Positions 9,955 to 20,498 are shown, counted from the first letter of the stretch. The stretch: 64,000 bases of DNA from Thermoplasmata archaeon (GCA_020696395.1 JAEHCN010000001.1:1902-65901), one strand, 5' to 3'. Notes: a model not told the origin generated them from the letters alone. Made by a program: numbers and translations.

Positions 9955-10343
9955 TCGGGCCTCCCCGTCCCCGACCGCCTGTCGAAAAGGCGTCTATCTT
10001 GCACGCGGTGTCGCCGACCGTAGCCTCTGTCAGCAGCCGTTCTTGGGGCGCATGCCCTCATCGTCCTGTGCACGTCTGTCCCTCACAACGACCAACCTGC
10101 ACTTGCGAACGCGTGCGACTACGGGCTTTCCGAAATGTACTTCCAAACACCACACGTCCTGAGCAACCGAGATCCTTCTTGCCCCGCTTCTTTCGGACCC
10201 TAACGCACTCGATAAATCTCGGAATATATAAAGGTTATATGTCTGCGCACACAAACGTGCATCAAGACGTTGCCAAAGTGTGATATATGGAACGCTGAAG
10301 GGCCAAGAGAACCGCGGTCATGCGCACTGCGCGCACGGTAAGG

Positions 10344-10856
10344 TCACTCCGCCCCCGTGTACTCCTCCGCTTTCTCCCTGACTCTCCCGAGCTCCCTTTC
10401 GAGCCAGGAGGCCTCGTCGTCGGTGGTCGCCCTCGTTACCTTCGCTGGGGTCCCCAGAGCCAGGGATTTCGGCGGGATCGTAGTCCCCGGAGCGACCACG
10501 CTGCCTGCAGCCACTATCGAACCCCTACCTAGCGTCACGCCGTCGAGGACTATTGCTCCTATGCCAATCAGCACGCAGTCTTCGACCGTGCACCCGTGCA
10601 GCCTCGCCCCATGGGAGATCAGGCATCCACGGCCAACCGTGACCGGCCCTCCTCTGGGTGCTTCGACGAACGATGCGTCCATAACCGCCGACCCCTTCCG
10701 GATGACGACTCGATCATCGTCTCCTCTCAGGATGGCACCTGGCCAGATAGTGACGTCATCTTCGAGAACGACCTCTCCAATCAGGATTGAATCACGGTCG
10801 ACATATGCGCTCGCTGGAATCTCCGGCTTCTTGTCCCTGTAGCTCCTGATGGACAT
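10344..10856 (-). CDS. Gamma-class carbonic anhydrase family / hexapeptide-repeat protein
   Basis: Left-handed beta-helix hexapeptide repeats with His ligand positions (ISHGARLHGCTVED). Confidence 0.8.
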   Translation of the reverse strand: MSIRSYRDKKPEIPASAYVDRDSILIGEVVLEDDVTIWPGAILRGDDDRVVIRKGSAVMDASFVEAPRGGPVTVGRGCLISHGARLHGCTVEDCVLIGIGAIVLDGVTLGRGSIVAAGSVVAPGTTIPPKSLALGTPAKVTRATTDDEASWLERELGRVREKAEEYTGAE

Positions 10857-10947
10857 CGCCGGGGAATCGGTGTTCGTGCGTTATTATGTTTCACATGGCA
10901 GACAGGGCCCTGCCGGACACATTTATTACCGCTGAGGTTCCATATCG

Positions 10948-12663
10948 GTGCACAACCCCCAACATTCGTATATCATTGCTTGTCCGGTTGGAATGGAGGA
11001 GCGTCTCGTGCCCGACGAAGTCATCGACGATGCGAACATGGACAGCGAAGTCTGTGCTTTGCTGATGGAGATCTGTGAAAGCCCGAATGCCGAGAGTGCC
11101 TATCCGTTGATCGCCTCGAGACTCAGGAGGCTGACGGATGCGGACTACGCCGGGATTCTCGTCTACTCGCCGGGGCATTCAGATGTGAAGTTCATCGGAT
11201 TGGACGGATTAGAGTCCGACAGCCTCGCCAAGCTGCCTCAGGTACTGGTCACTCCTGATGTCCGCGACCGTCTGGCGAAGAGCCCAAGAGGCACCGCGAT
11301 CTTGATTGACAGAGACGAGGATGTCCCCTCGGGAGCTCGGGATATGTACAGGGCCCTCGTCCTCGGAAGCGTGATAACGGGGCCGGTGTTCATCGGTGGA
11401 GAGCTGGTTGGGTTCCTGATCGTTGCCAGAACGAAGGAAAGACAGCGGTTCGCCGAGCCCGAGGTGAGGATCATCTCTTCGCTGTCTGTCTCAATGGCCT
11501 CCATTTTTAGTCACCTGAGAACGACCCACAGGCTCGCGAGGACGAAGGAGGCGACGGATAGGGTGCTGTCTGTGGCGCCGATAGGCCTGATGACCGTCGA
11601 CTCCAAAGGCATGATCCTGTCTGTCAACATGCACATGCTGGCCATCCTATCGAGCGAATCGGAGCAGGAACTGGTCGGAACGAACGTCTTCGAGATATCT
11701 GCTATAGTGAAATCCGGACTCGATGTTCTTTTCATGCAGGCGTTCGAAGGCAACGCCGGCGAGAAGAACGAAGTGCACTTCGTCCCCGTTCCCGACAAGG
11801 TGTTCTACCTCCATGTCAGGGTGGCGCCTGTCGTTTCCGAGACAGGTGACGTGGAGTCTGCCCTGTTGGTGGCCATGGATGTGACGTCGAACATACGTCT
11901 CCAGAGTCAGCTCGAGAGGTCGTACGAGAAGCTAATCCAGACTTATCAGGAGCTCGAGCGCGTGACCAAGATGAAGACGCAGTTCATTGACATCGTCTCC
12001 CACGAGCTGAGAACGCCCCTGACTGTCATGAGGGGGTATATCGACCTTCTGGAGGCGGAGTACGCTCCCATAGCTGAACCCAAGTTTTCGCACAAGCTCG
12101 AGAAGATACGGGCGAACACGGACAAGCTGTACGCACTTGTCGAGAGCATGCTCGACGTCAGCCGGCTTGAGAAGGGCACGCTGGAGATCAAAGTCGAACC
12201 TACGAAGGTCGACACCATCCTGGAGGAGGTTGTCAAGGCTCGGTCCCCCGACGCCGTGGAGAAGAAGCAGAGCATGTCCCTCGAGGTGGAGGGCGAGTTG
12301 CCGTTGATCAATGCCGACAGACGGAGGGTCAGGGACGTGTTCAACAACATCTTGGACAATTCCATCAAGTACACGGAAGAGGGCGGCAGGGTGCAGATAG
12401 GCGCGAGAGACGAGGGCAAGATGATACATGTATGGTTCAGGGACAACGGGGTCGGTATCCCGCTTGAGAACATCGGGAAGATATTCGACAGGTTCTATAT
12501 CGTGGCCAGCGATGATCTCTCGCACCAGGTGAACAGGATAGGCCTCAGCCTGCCGATATCGAAGGGCATAGTGGAGGCCCACGGCGGAAGTCTCTGGGTC
12601 GAGAGCCAGGTGGGGAAGGGCAGCGTGTTCCATGTCAGCTTACCCAAGGAGCCGTCTAGGTAG
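10948..12663 (+). CDS. Sensor histidine kinase with GAF and PAS domains
   Basis: GAF-like N-terminal region, a PAS region, the HisKA H-box (SHELRTPL) and HATPase_c N/G boxes (DNGVGIP, GLSLPISKGIVEAHGG). No response regulator is present in the window. Confidence 0.8.
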   Translation: MHNPQHSYIIACPVGMEERLVPDEVIDDANMDSEVCALLMEICESPNAESAYPLIASRLRRLTDADYAGILVYSPGHSDVKFIGLDGLESDSLAKLPQVLVTPDVRDRLAKSPRGTAILIDRDEDVPSGARDMYRALVLGSVITGPVFIGGELVGFLIVARTKERQRFAEPEVRIISSLSVSMASIFSHLRTTHRLARTKEATDRVLSVAPIGLMTVDSKGMILSVNMHMLAILSSESEQELVGTNVFEISAIVKSGLDVLFMQAFEGNAGEKNEVHFVPVPDKVFYLHVRVAPVVSETGDVESALLVAMDVTSNIRLQSQLERSYEKLIQTYQELERVTKMKTQFIDIVSHELRTPLTVMRGYIDLLEAEYAPIAEPKFSHKLEKIRANTDKLYALVESMLDVSRLEKGTLEIKVEPTKVDTILEEVVKARSPDAVEKKQSMSLEVEGELPLINADRRRVRDVFNNILDNSIKYTEEGGRVQIGARDEGKMIHVWFRDNGVGIPLENIGKIFDRFYIVASDDLSHQVNRIGLSLPISKGIVEAHGGSLWVESQVGKGSVFHVSLPKEPSR

Positions 12664-12695
12664 GTTTCTAATACATTCAGTTCTTCTCCGCCTCG

Positions 12696-13607
12696 ATGGA
12701 CCGCAGAGGCCACTCGACGGCGATCATGCTGACGGTGTTTGCCAGCCTGATATGGGGCACCTCCTTTCCGGGCGTGAAGTGGGGCCTCAACTTCGTGGGA
12801 AACGATATTCTCTTCCTTTGGCTGAGGTTCGCCGTCGCCACCGTCGTGACGCTCTCGATAGTGCTCTGGCTGAAGAAATTCTCGTTCTCTGTCCTGGGTA
12901 AGCCGGTCGTCTGGCTCATCGGAGGAGTCAACGCTGCGGCCTTCGTCACCCAGTACGTCGGCCTTAACTACACAACGGCATCCAAGACCGCCCTGCTGGT
13001 CGACATAAACGTTGTCGCGGTCGCGATAATATCATATTTCGTCTTCTCCGAGCGGATAGGCTCGAAACGAGCGTTCGGCATCGCCTCGGGGGTCGCAGGT
13101 GTAGTCATGATTACCGGTGAGGGGGGTTTCTCGTTCGATAGATCGGAATTTGTCGGCGACCTGTTGGTCTACGGATGCGGTTGGCTCTGGGCGCTCTTCA
13201 TCATCCTCAACAAGAAGATGCTTGCGCATTACTCTGCAGTGGAGCTGAGCTCCTCAGTGATCGTGACTTCCGCCGTCTGGCTCCTCATCCCGGTGACCTA
13301 TCTCTACTTCGCGGGGGCAGATTTCACGGTAGAGACGCCTGCATGGTTCGCCATCATATACCTAGGGGTGATCTGCACATCGGTCGCCATACTCCTCTGG
13401 GCCATGGGTCTTGAGGGCGTATCCGCGACTTCCTCCGCCACGATAATGCTGTTGGAGATAGTCACGGCTCTGGTCATATCGATGTCGCTCCTTGGGGAGA
13501 GCCTCGGACCCTTCGCAGCGATCGGCGCAGCCCTGGTGCTGGTCTCGGTCTATCTCGTGGCATCAGGAGATAGACGGTCCAAATCGACCACGATGGCACA
13601 CACTTAG
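12696..13607 (+). CDS. EamA/DMT-superfamily transporter
   Basis: Ten predicted TM helices in two EamA-like halves. Confidence 0.8.
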   Translation: MDRRGHSTAIMLTVFASLIWGTSFPGVKWGLNFVGNDILFLWLRFAVATVVTLSIVLWLKKFSFSVLGKPVVWLIGGVNAAAFVTQYVGLNYTTASKTALLVDINVVAVAIISYFVFSERIGSKRAFGIASGVAGVVMITGEGGFSFDRSEFVGDLLVYGCGWLWALFIILNKKMLAHYSAVELSSSVIVTSAVWLLIPVTYLYFAGADFTVETPAWFAIIYLGVICTSVAILLWAMGLEGVSATSSATIMLLEIVTALVISMSLLGESLGPFAAIGAALVLVSVYLVASGDRRSKSTTMAHT

Positions 13608-13759
13608 CGTCACGTCTCCGCTCGCCCTCTGCGCCCTAGCGAAACCCAGAGCCTTCTCCATGTCCCCCCGTCTATCGTGCGACGCGTCAATCAGGAACTT
13701 GGCCTGCCGTTATCCGGAAAACCTCTTTATCGGGGGGATGCATAGACTGTCCGATTCAT

Positions 13760-15202
13760 ATGGCCCGAGAGGAGAAGCTAGCCGGAGTGTTCGACAGGAT
13801 CGACAGGGACAAGAGCAGACACATCTCCCGGATCCGACGTCTGTTGAGACAGCCCAGCTCGAGCCAGGAGGACCTGGGCATCGAGGAATGTGCAGAGCTC
13901 GTGGGCAAGATGTACTCCGAGGTCGGCTGCGAGAAGGTCGAGGTCGTCGAGACCAAAGGCAACCCAGTTGTCTACGGGGAGTGCAAGGGTAGCTCTGACA
14001 GGACGCTCCTCGCTTACTTCATGTACGACACCATGCCGTTCAACGAACCAGGGTGGAAGCACCCCGCGATGGGCGCGAAGATAGTCGACATGAACCTCCC
14101 CTCCGGCAAGGTCAAGTCCATCGTGAACCGGGGTGCGGACAACACCAAGGGACCGCTGGCTGCGTTCCTCAACTCGGTCGAGGCGTGCTGCAAGAGCGAG
14201 GGGAGGCCCCCGGTCAACCTTATCCTGATCGCCGAGGGAGAGGAGGAGCTCGGCAGCCCGAACCTGCCAGCGTACGTGAGGAAAGACAAGAAGCGTCTGT
14301 CGAGGTCCGATGCGTGCTATTTCCCCTTCTTCGGCCAGGAGGCCGCCGGAGGTTGCACTCATTTCCTGGGCGTGAAGGGCGTCGTGTACTTCGAGATGAC
14401 CAGCAGTGGGAAGCGCTGGGGCCGCGGTCCTCAGGAGTTTGCGATACACAGCGCCAACAAGGCCTGGGTGGACAGCCCGGTCTGGAGGCTCATCGACGCG
14501 CTGGGTACGATGTCCAAGGACAACGGCAACGAGATACTCATCGACGGTTTCCACGACGATGTGGCGCCCCCGTCCAAGGAGGAGAGAGGGCTGATCAAGG
14601 ACCTTGCGAAGCGGATCGACCCCGCAGGCTTCAAGAGAACGCTGAAGGTGAAGCGTTTCATGGCCCCCGACGACAGACCCGAGGAGCTGATGAACCTGTT
14701 CACCTTCGGCACGACGCTGAACATCGACGGCATCTGGGGCGGATACATGGAGAAGGGTTCGAAGACCGTCCTGCCTCACGAGGCCACGTGCAAGGTCGAT
14801 ATCAGGCTAGTCCCGAATCAGAAGAAGGAGAAGATGATGCCCCTCGTGAGACGACACCTGGACGCGCATGGTTATTCCGACATCATGCTCAAAGAGATCG
14901 ATACCGGGTACGACTGGTGTAGCATGAGCGTCAAGGCACCAATCGTTCAGGCCATGCTCCGCTGCTACAGGGCGTTCGGTCACAAGCCAGAGATCTGGCC
15001 GACCAGCGGAGGGGCAGTGCCGTTCTACGTCTTCAACCGCATACTCAAGTTGCCGTTCACGATGGGCGGGATCGGACACTCCGCGCTGCCGCACAGCCCG
15101 AACGAATACATGGTCATCCAAGGCAACAAGAAAGTGGCGTCCCTGACAGACACCGAGAAGTTCAATGTGCGGTTCATGGACGAGTTCGCACGAGGGAACT
15201 AG
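13760..15202 (+). CDS. Peptidase M20 family (ArgE/DapE/carboxypeptidase-like) protein
   Basis: M20 metal-binding motifs (HxD...GAxDxKG...EEE) and a dimerisation domain. Stop codon is TAG. Confidence 0.8.
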   Translation: MAREEKLAGVFDRIDRDKSRHISRIRRLLRQPSSSQEDLGIEECAELVGKMYSEVGCEKVEVVETKGNPVVYGECKGSSDRTLLAYFMYDTMPFNEPGWKHPAMGAKIVDMNLPSGKVKSIVNRGADNTKGPLAAFLNSVEACCKSEGRPPVNLILIAEGEEELGSPNLPAYVRKDKKRLSRSDACYFPFFGQEAAGGCTHFLGVKGVVYFEMTSSGKRWGRGPQEFAIHSANKAWVDSPVWRLIDALGTMSKDNGNEILIDGFHDDVAPPSKEERGLIKDLAKRIDPAGFKRTLKVKRFMAPDDRPEELMNLFTFGTTLNIDGIWGGYMEKGSKTVLPHEATCKVDIRLVPNQKKEKMMPLVRRHLDAHGYSDIMLKEIDTGYDWCSMSVKAPIVQAMLRCYRAFGHKPEIWPTSGGAVPFYVFNRILKLPFTMGGIGHSALPHSPNEYMVIQGNKKVASLTDTEKFNVRFMDEFARGN

Positions 15203-16290
15203 AGGGCAGCCTTGTAGGCTTCGAGTGTGGTTTCTGCGGTTTCCGCCCACGAGAATCCAGCGACTCTCTCCCTACCCGCGGCACCCATTCTCGATCGCAT
15301 GTCCACGTCTCTGAGAAGGCCCGTGATAGCCTCCGCCAATCCGGCGGTGTCTCCGGGATCGACGAGTATGCCGTCGACCCCATCTCTGACGAGCTCCGGG
15401 ACTCCTCCAACCCTAGTCGCCACCGTCGGCTTCCCGCAGGCCATGGCTTCCATGAGCGAGAGTCCCCACCCCTCGTTCCTCGATGGCAGGGCGACCACGT
15501 CCGCATCTGAATAACACTGGAGCAGTTCGTCCTGATCTATCGATTGAAAGAACTCCACTGCATGGGCGACCCTCGCCCTATCGGCCAGCAGCCTGAACCA
15601 TTCCTCGGTGTCGATTCCTCTGAATCCAGTCTTCGCGACGACGCGCAGTTTCGCGTCAGGCAAGGTTTCGTGAATCTGCTCCATTGCCAGGATGAGATGC
15701 TCCAGACCCTTACGCGGCTCGAATCCTCCCACGAAGAGAACGGTCTGTTCCTCGGACCTTCTCTCGGGCAGGGCAGAGAACTCGTCGATGTCGATGCCGT
15801 TGTAGGCGATTTCGGACTCGAGGCCGTGTTCGCGCTCGAGAGCCTCCTTCCAGAAGGAGGAGACGACGAACCTGTGGTCCGCGTGTCTCACAGCCTTCTT
15901 CTCGAACTCGAACAACCGTGGCTCTGCGAAGTCGTCTATGTGATGGACCGTTCGGAAGACTGGAGCACGCAGTTGTCCGGCAGACTTCATCCTGTGCAGA
16001 GCGGTCCCGCCAACACAGTCCTGGGCATGGTATATGTCGGCATCGCCTGGCAGGGCCTTCGTATAGGCGCGGATCATCCGTTCAAGGCGTACCATGAGGT
16101 CCCCGTGCCACTCGAAAGAATGGATGCAATACGGAACTGCGACGCCTCGGTAGTAACCGTGGAGAGATAGGTCGTCGCCTTCCCTGGCCAGCGAGTGGAG
16201 GGTGACACCCACCCCCCTATTCATCAGATGCTCGGCGAGCTTCAGCGCATGCGCCACACCACCTCTCGCTCTCGTGCTGTATGTGAGCAT
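15199..16290 (-). CDS. Glycosyltransferase family 4 (GT-B fold)
   Basis: GT4 C-terminal EX7E-like region (LPSRNEGWGLSLMEAMACGKP). The start is placed at the internal ATG (16290) that begins MLTYSTRARGG. The upstream 53 codons are Arg/Ser/Gly-rich and unlikely to be coding. Confidence 0.8.
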   Translation of the reverse strand: MLTYSTRARGGVAHALKLAEHLMNRGVGVTLHSLAREGDDLSLHGYYRGVAVPYCIHSFEWHGDLMVRLERMIRAYTKALPGDADIYHAQDCVGGTALHRMKSAGQLRAPVFRTVHHIDDFAEPRLFEFEKKAVRHADHRFVVSSFWKEALEREHGLESEIAYNGIDIDEFSALPERRSEEQTVLFVGGFEPRKGLEHLILAMEQIHETLPDAKLRVVAKTGFRGIDTEEWFRLLADRARVAHAVEFFQSIDQDELLQCYSDADVVALPSRNEGWGLSLMEAMACGKPTVATRVGGVPELVRDGVDGILVDPGDTAGLAEAITGLLRDVDMRSRMGAAGRERVAGFSWAETAETTLEAYKAAL

Positions 16291-16689
16291 TGCCACTTCC
16301 AACGCATCGCCCCCGTTCCTCGCCTGAGACCTCGAAGAACCTTCGTCGACAAAACTGTTTCCTCGGGCTGACGCTAGGCGGCTCCTGCACATATTTGGAC
16401 GTGGCGGTCCCGGCTCATAGGAGTCTTTCTCCGTGACTCGAGGTGTCATCCCCTCTCGTTGTCTGGGAAACGTTATTAAGGCCGGCGCATTTATCCCCGT
16501 GCTGAGGCTACCGGTTCACACCTCTGGTAACGCTGTGAACACCGTTTCGCCAGGGCTTGTGTACATAAACCGGACGCTTCACCGGGGCGGCCGCTTCGGA
16601 AGGAATAGGCGGCGTGGAGGACAGCCTCCCCGGACTGAGATGGCACGCGCGGCGTTTACCTACGATATCTGCTTCAGGCGGAGTGAAGA

Positions 16690-19134
16690 ATGCTAAACGG
16701 GCCGAAGGAACCACGCAACGAAACCAACGAGCATCTGCTATGGTTCGACCAGATTGGCCTGAACGACGTCTCCAAGGTCGGCGGGAAGAACGCCTCGTTG
16801 GGGGAGATGCTCAGGCATCTCGCTGACAAAGGGATACGCGTCCCTGAGGGTTTTGCAGTAACCACCAAAGCTTTCAGATGGTTCGTCGAGAGCGCGGGAC
16901 TCGGCGAGCAGATCAAAGATATTCTCGAGGGAGTCGACCCTGACGACCCATCGGACGTTTCCGAGAGGGGACTCAGGGTGCGCAGAGCGTTCCTGGATGC
17001 GGAGTTCCCGGGAGAGCTCAGGCGGGAGATCGCATACGGCTACTGGGAACTCGGCCGGAGGCTCGGTTTGCGCGACCCGAGCGTGGCGATCCGTTCGAGC
17101 GCAACCACTGAAGATCTTGATGGCGCCTCTTTCGCCGGTCAGCACGAGACGATACTCAATGTGAAAGGTGAGGCCGGTGTGCTGAAGGCGATGAGGCAGT
17201 GCTTCGCCAGCCTGTTCACCGACCGCGCAATAGCGTACAGGGCCCACATGGGATTCGGACAGCTGGGAAGCGCGCTCTCAGTGGGCGTACAGAGGATGGT
17301 CAGGAGCGACCGGGCATGCTCTGGTGTGATGTTCACGCTGGATACCGAGAGCGGCTTCGACAAGGTCGTCTACATAACTGGTTCCTGGGGCTTGGGGGAG
17401 ATGATCGTCCAGGGTGCCGTCAACCCCGACCAGTTCTACGTATTCAAGCCTGCCCTCGGCAGGTTCGACGACCCTATCGTCGAGAAGAAACTCGGCACCA
17501 AACAGCACAAACTGGTATACGCCTCCAAGGGCCATGGCATGATCGATATCGAGGTGCCCACCAAAGATAGACAGAGATTCGTTCTCGATGACGGTGAGAT
17601 AATCACGCTCGCCAAATGGGCGTGCATCATCGAGGAGCACTACAAGAAGCCCATGGACGTGGAGTGGGCCAAGGACGGTCTGACTGACGAGCTCTACATC
17701 GTTCAGGCCCGTCCCGAGACAGTCCACGCCGCCAAGGCGAAGGAGAGTGTGCTCGAGACGTTTGTGCTAGAGGAGCGGAGCGAAGTGCTCGTGCAGGGCG
17801 AGGCGGTCGGCCAGAAGATAGGCGCGGGTGTCGTGAACGTCCTTGAGAGCGCTTTCGAGATATCAGAATTCAAGAAGGGCGAGGTTCTGGTCACCGACAA
17901 GACCGATCCCGATTGGGAGCCCATAATGCGAATTGCGTCCGCTATAGTCGCCGACAGGGGCGGAAGGACCTGTCACGCAGCGATCGTCTCGCGAGAACTA
18001 GGGATCCCATGCATAGTCGGGGCGGGGAACGGCACCAGCGTGCTCAGCGACGGACAGAAGGTGACCGTGGACACGTCGGAGGGCGATGGACGCGTCTACG
18101 AGGGCGAGATCAAGTTCAGGATCGACAGGACCGACCTGTCCCATATGCCGTCGACCCGGACGAAGATATTCATGAATGTGGCCGTTCCCGAGCACGTCTT
18201 CATGCAGGGACAGGTCCCGTGCGACGGGGTCGGACTTGCCAGGCTCGAGTTCATCATAGCGTCGCACATCGGCATCCATCCGCTCGCGCTGGTAGAGTAC
18301 GACGAGCTCGTCAAGCGCGCGAAGGACGAGCCTGAGGTTGCGGAGATCGTCGCGAAGATAGACGAGCGGACCCACGGCTACGAGAGCAAGACGGACTTCT
18401 TCCTCGACAGACTTGCGTGGGGCGTGGGCAAGATTGCCGCGACGTTCTATCCGCGTGACGTGATAGTCCGAATGTCGGATTTCAAGACGAACGAGTATGC
18501 GAACCTCATCGGAGGTAAGCTGTATGAGCCTCTGGAAGCCAACCCGATGATCGGGTGGCGGGGCGCCGCACGCTACTACGACGAGAAGTTCAGCCCGGCC
18601 TTCGCCCTCGAGTGCGCCGCCCTGAAGAGGGTAAGGGACAGCAAGGGTCTCACCAACGTCAAGGTGATGATCCCGTTCTGCAGGACCCCGGACGAAGGTC
18701 GGAAGGTGATCGAGACCATGGCCGACTTCGGTTTGAGGCAGGGCGAGAACGGGCTGGAGGTCTATGTCATGTGCGAGATCCCCAGCAACGTCCTCCTGGC
18801 AGAGGAGTTCGCGGAGGTGTTCGACGGTTTCTCGATCGGATCGAACGACCTCACCCAGCTTACACTCGGTCTCGACAGGGACTCAGAGCTCGTATCGCAC
18901 CTGTATGACGAAAGGAATCCTGCGATAAAGAAGCTCATCACGATCGCTGTGAAGGCAGTCAAGGCGAAGGGGAAGAAGATAGGTATCTGTGGCCAGGCCC
19001 CGTCCGACTTTCCGGAGTTCGCTGAGTTCCTCGTTGAGCTCGGAATCGACAGCATATCCCTGAATCCCGATAGCGTGATCAAGACGAGACTCCTGATAGC
19101 CGAGAAGGAGAAGAAGCTTAGCCGAACTAAGTGA
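16690..19134 (+). CDS. ppsA: Phosphoenolpyruvate synthase (pyruvate, water dikinase)
   Basis: Complete PEP-utilising architecture (ATP-grasp N-domain, mobile His domain GGRTCHAAIVSRELG, TIM-barrel C domain); 814 aa. Confidence 0.9.
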   Translation: MLNGPKEPRNETNEHLLWFDQIGLNDVSKVGGKNASLGEMLRHLADKGIRVPEGFAVTTKAFRWFVESAGLGEQIKDILEGVDPDDPSDVSERGLRVRRAFLDAEFPGELRREIAYGYWELGRRLGLRDPSVAIRSSATTEDLDGASFAGQHETILNVKGEAGVLKAMRQCFASLFTDRAIAYRAHMGFGQLGSALSVGVQRMVRSDRACSGVMFTLDTESGFDKVVYITGSWGLGEMIVQGAVNPDQFYVFKPALGRFDDPIVEKKLGTKQHKLVYASKGHGMIDIEVPTKDRQRFVLDDGEIITLAKWACIIEEHYKKPMDVEWAKDGLTDELYIVQARPETVHAAKAKESVLETFVLEERSEVLVQGEAVGQKIGAGVVNVLESAFEISEFKKGEVLVTDKTDPDWEPIMRIASAIVADRGGRTCHAAIVSRELGIPCIVGAGNGTSVLSDGQKVTVDTSEGDGRVYEGEIKFRIDRTDLSHMPSTRTKIFMNVAVPEHVFMQGQVPCDGVGLARLEFIIASHIGIHPLALVEYDELVKRAKDEPEVAEIVAKIDERTHGYESKTDFFLDRLAWGVGKIAATFYPRDVIVRMSDFKTNEYANLIGGKLYEPLEANPMIGWRGAARYYDEKFSPAFALECAALKRVRDSKGLTNVKVMIPFCRTPDEGRKVIETMADFGLRQGENGLEVYVMCEIPSNVLLAEEFAEVFDGFSIGSNDLTQLTLGLDRDSELVSHLYDERNPAIKKLITIAVKAVKAKGKKIGICGQAPSDFPEFAEFLVELGIDSISLNPDSVIKTRLLIAEKEKKLSRTK

Positions 19135-19268
19135 AATGCCCACCCCTGCCATCGGCAGCTTCACTGAACACCGTCATCAGTATCGATAAATGTCTACGCT
19201 CATTGAGCGTGGAGCTAGTTGGGCAACCATTATTTTCTCCCCACCTTTCCATCTGCCTGATGGATGGG

Positions 19269-20498
19269 TCAGATCGCCACGGCGCCGGCCCCGGCTTCTC
19301 GTTCCCTGTCGACCTCCTTGCTCCACAGGAGCAGCAGGGCGACGGCCGCGGGAATGGTCATCAACGCCATGGCCATGATGCTTTCGACGAGGCCCCAGGC
19401 AGAGGCCATGTAGCCGAAACCTATCTCGAACACGACGAGCAGGCTCGTGAACGTGAATGCGGCGATCGCCACGACCGTGGACCGGTGCTCGGAATCCACG
19501 CGGCGGTTGATGTATGCGTTGATTATCGGCGCCTGGATACCGGCCACGAGGTATATCGGATACTGCGTTATGATTGCAGCAGGATGCCTGACCATGAACA
19601 CGACGACGAAGGAGATGAGGATCGCACCGTACATGAAGACGAGCGACCTCTTCTCTCCCAGGACGCCCTCTATCCTCCTGGCCAAGCGTATCATGATTGC
19701 GGCGACGGCCAGGAAGCTAGCGAAGAAGATGCCGATCTCGAGATATCCGAGCGAAAGATCCTCGTTCATGTAGATCGATCTGAAGAACGCCATCACGTAG
19801 ATGCCTATCTCGATGATTATCTGGAACAGGATCAGTATGATGATCGCTCTGGACGTTATGACTTGTTTGAGGCCCACACCGAAGTGAGCTTTGTAGGAGA
19901 ACTCTCGTTTCCTCTCCACCTTGGGCTCCTTGAGCATGAACACCGCGAGCGATCCCCCCAAGGCGATGAACGCCGCGATGATGAGGGTGAGGTCCAGACG
20001 GTCAGACCATTCGACGATGAACCCGCCCACCGCGCACGCAGCTGCGTTGGTTGCGAACATGACCACGGTCGCTGTTAGCATAACCACGGTGAACTCGTTC
20101 TCGCGCTTGAGCTCGACGAGCGTGTCGTAGACGAAAGGCGTGTCCCCGCTGATTATGAAGCACACACCAACTGCCCATATGATGTTGGAGGCGACGTACT
20201 GCCAGAACTCAGTGCTGAGCCCGAAGGTGAGGAGACCTAGTGCGAACAGCCCTTCGCCCAACAGCAGGGCGACCTTCCTCCCATACTTGTCCCCGATGAG
20301 TCCGGCCGGTATCTGGAGGCCGATCATGGTGGCCCAGAACGCCGCGTCCACGACCGCGATCAGGAACAGGTCGTCGAGGTTCTCGTACGCCCATAGGGTC
20401 CAGAATGGCATCCACAGCGCGAACGATGTCACTGCACGGAACAGATAGAACCTGCGGATCCGGCTCTCTCCCGCCGCCATGAGTTGCCCGTAGCGCAA
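19269..20498 (-). CDS. MFS transporter
   Basis: Twelve predicted TM helices with an MFS-like loop motif. Confidence 0.8.
   Translation of the reverse strand: MRYGQLMAAGESRIRRFYLFRAVTSFALWMPFWTLWAYENLDDLFLIAVVDAAFWATMIGLQIPAGLIGDKYGRKVALLLGEGLFALGLLTFGLSTEFWQYVASNIIWAVGVCFIISGDTPFVYDTLVELKRENEFTVVMLTATVVMFATNAAACAVGGFIVEWSDRLDLTLIIAAFIALGGSLAVFMLKEPKVERKREFSYKAHFGVGLKQVITSRAIIILILFQIIIEIGIYVMAFFRSIYMNEDLSLGYLEIGIFFASFLAVAAIMIRLARRIEGVLGEKRSLVFMYGAILISFVVVFMVRHPAAIITQYPIYLVAGIQAPIINAYINRRVDSEHRSTVVAIAAFTFTSLLVVFEIGFGYMASAWGLVESIMAMALMTIPAAVALLLLWSKEVDREREAGAGAVAI

Noticed and set aside
9990-10343. Possible RNase P RNA on the minus strand (GGAAAG-CCCGUAG ... ACAGAGG-CUACGG P4-like pairing)
   Set aside because: The two P4-like strands are only ~100 nt apart, far too close for any RNase P RNA type. 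Other universally conserved regions were not found by eye. Retained only as part of the generic ncRNA-candidate finding.
19190-19215. Perfect 7-bp palindrome ACGCUCA-UU-GAGCGU between convergent ppsA and MFS genes
   Set aside because: Likely just a bidirectional terminator hairpin; too short to be an operator or mobile-element end.
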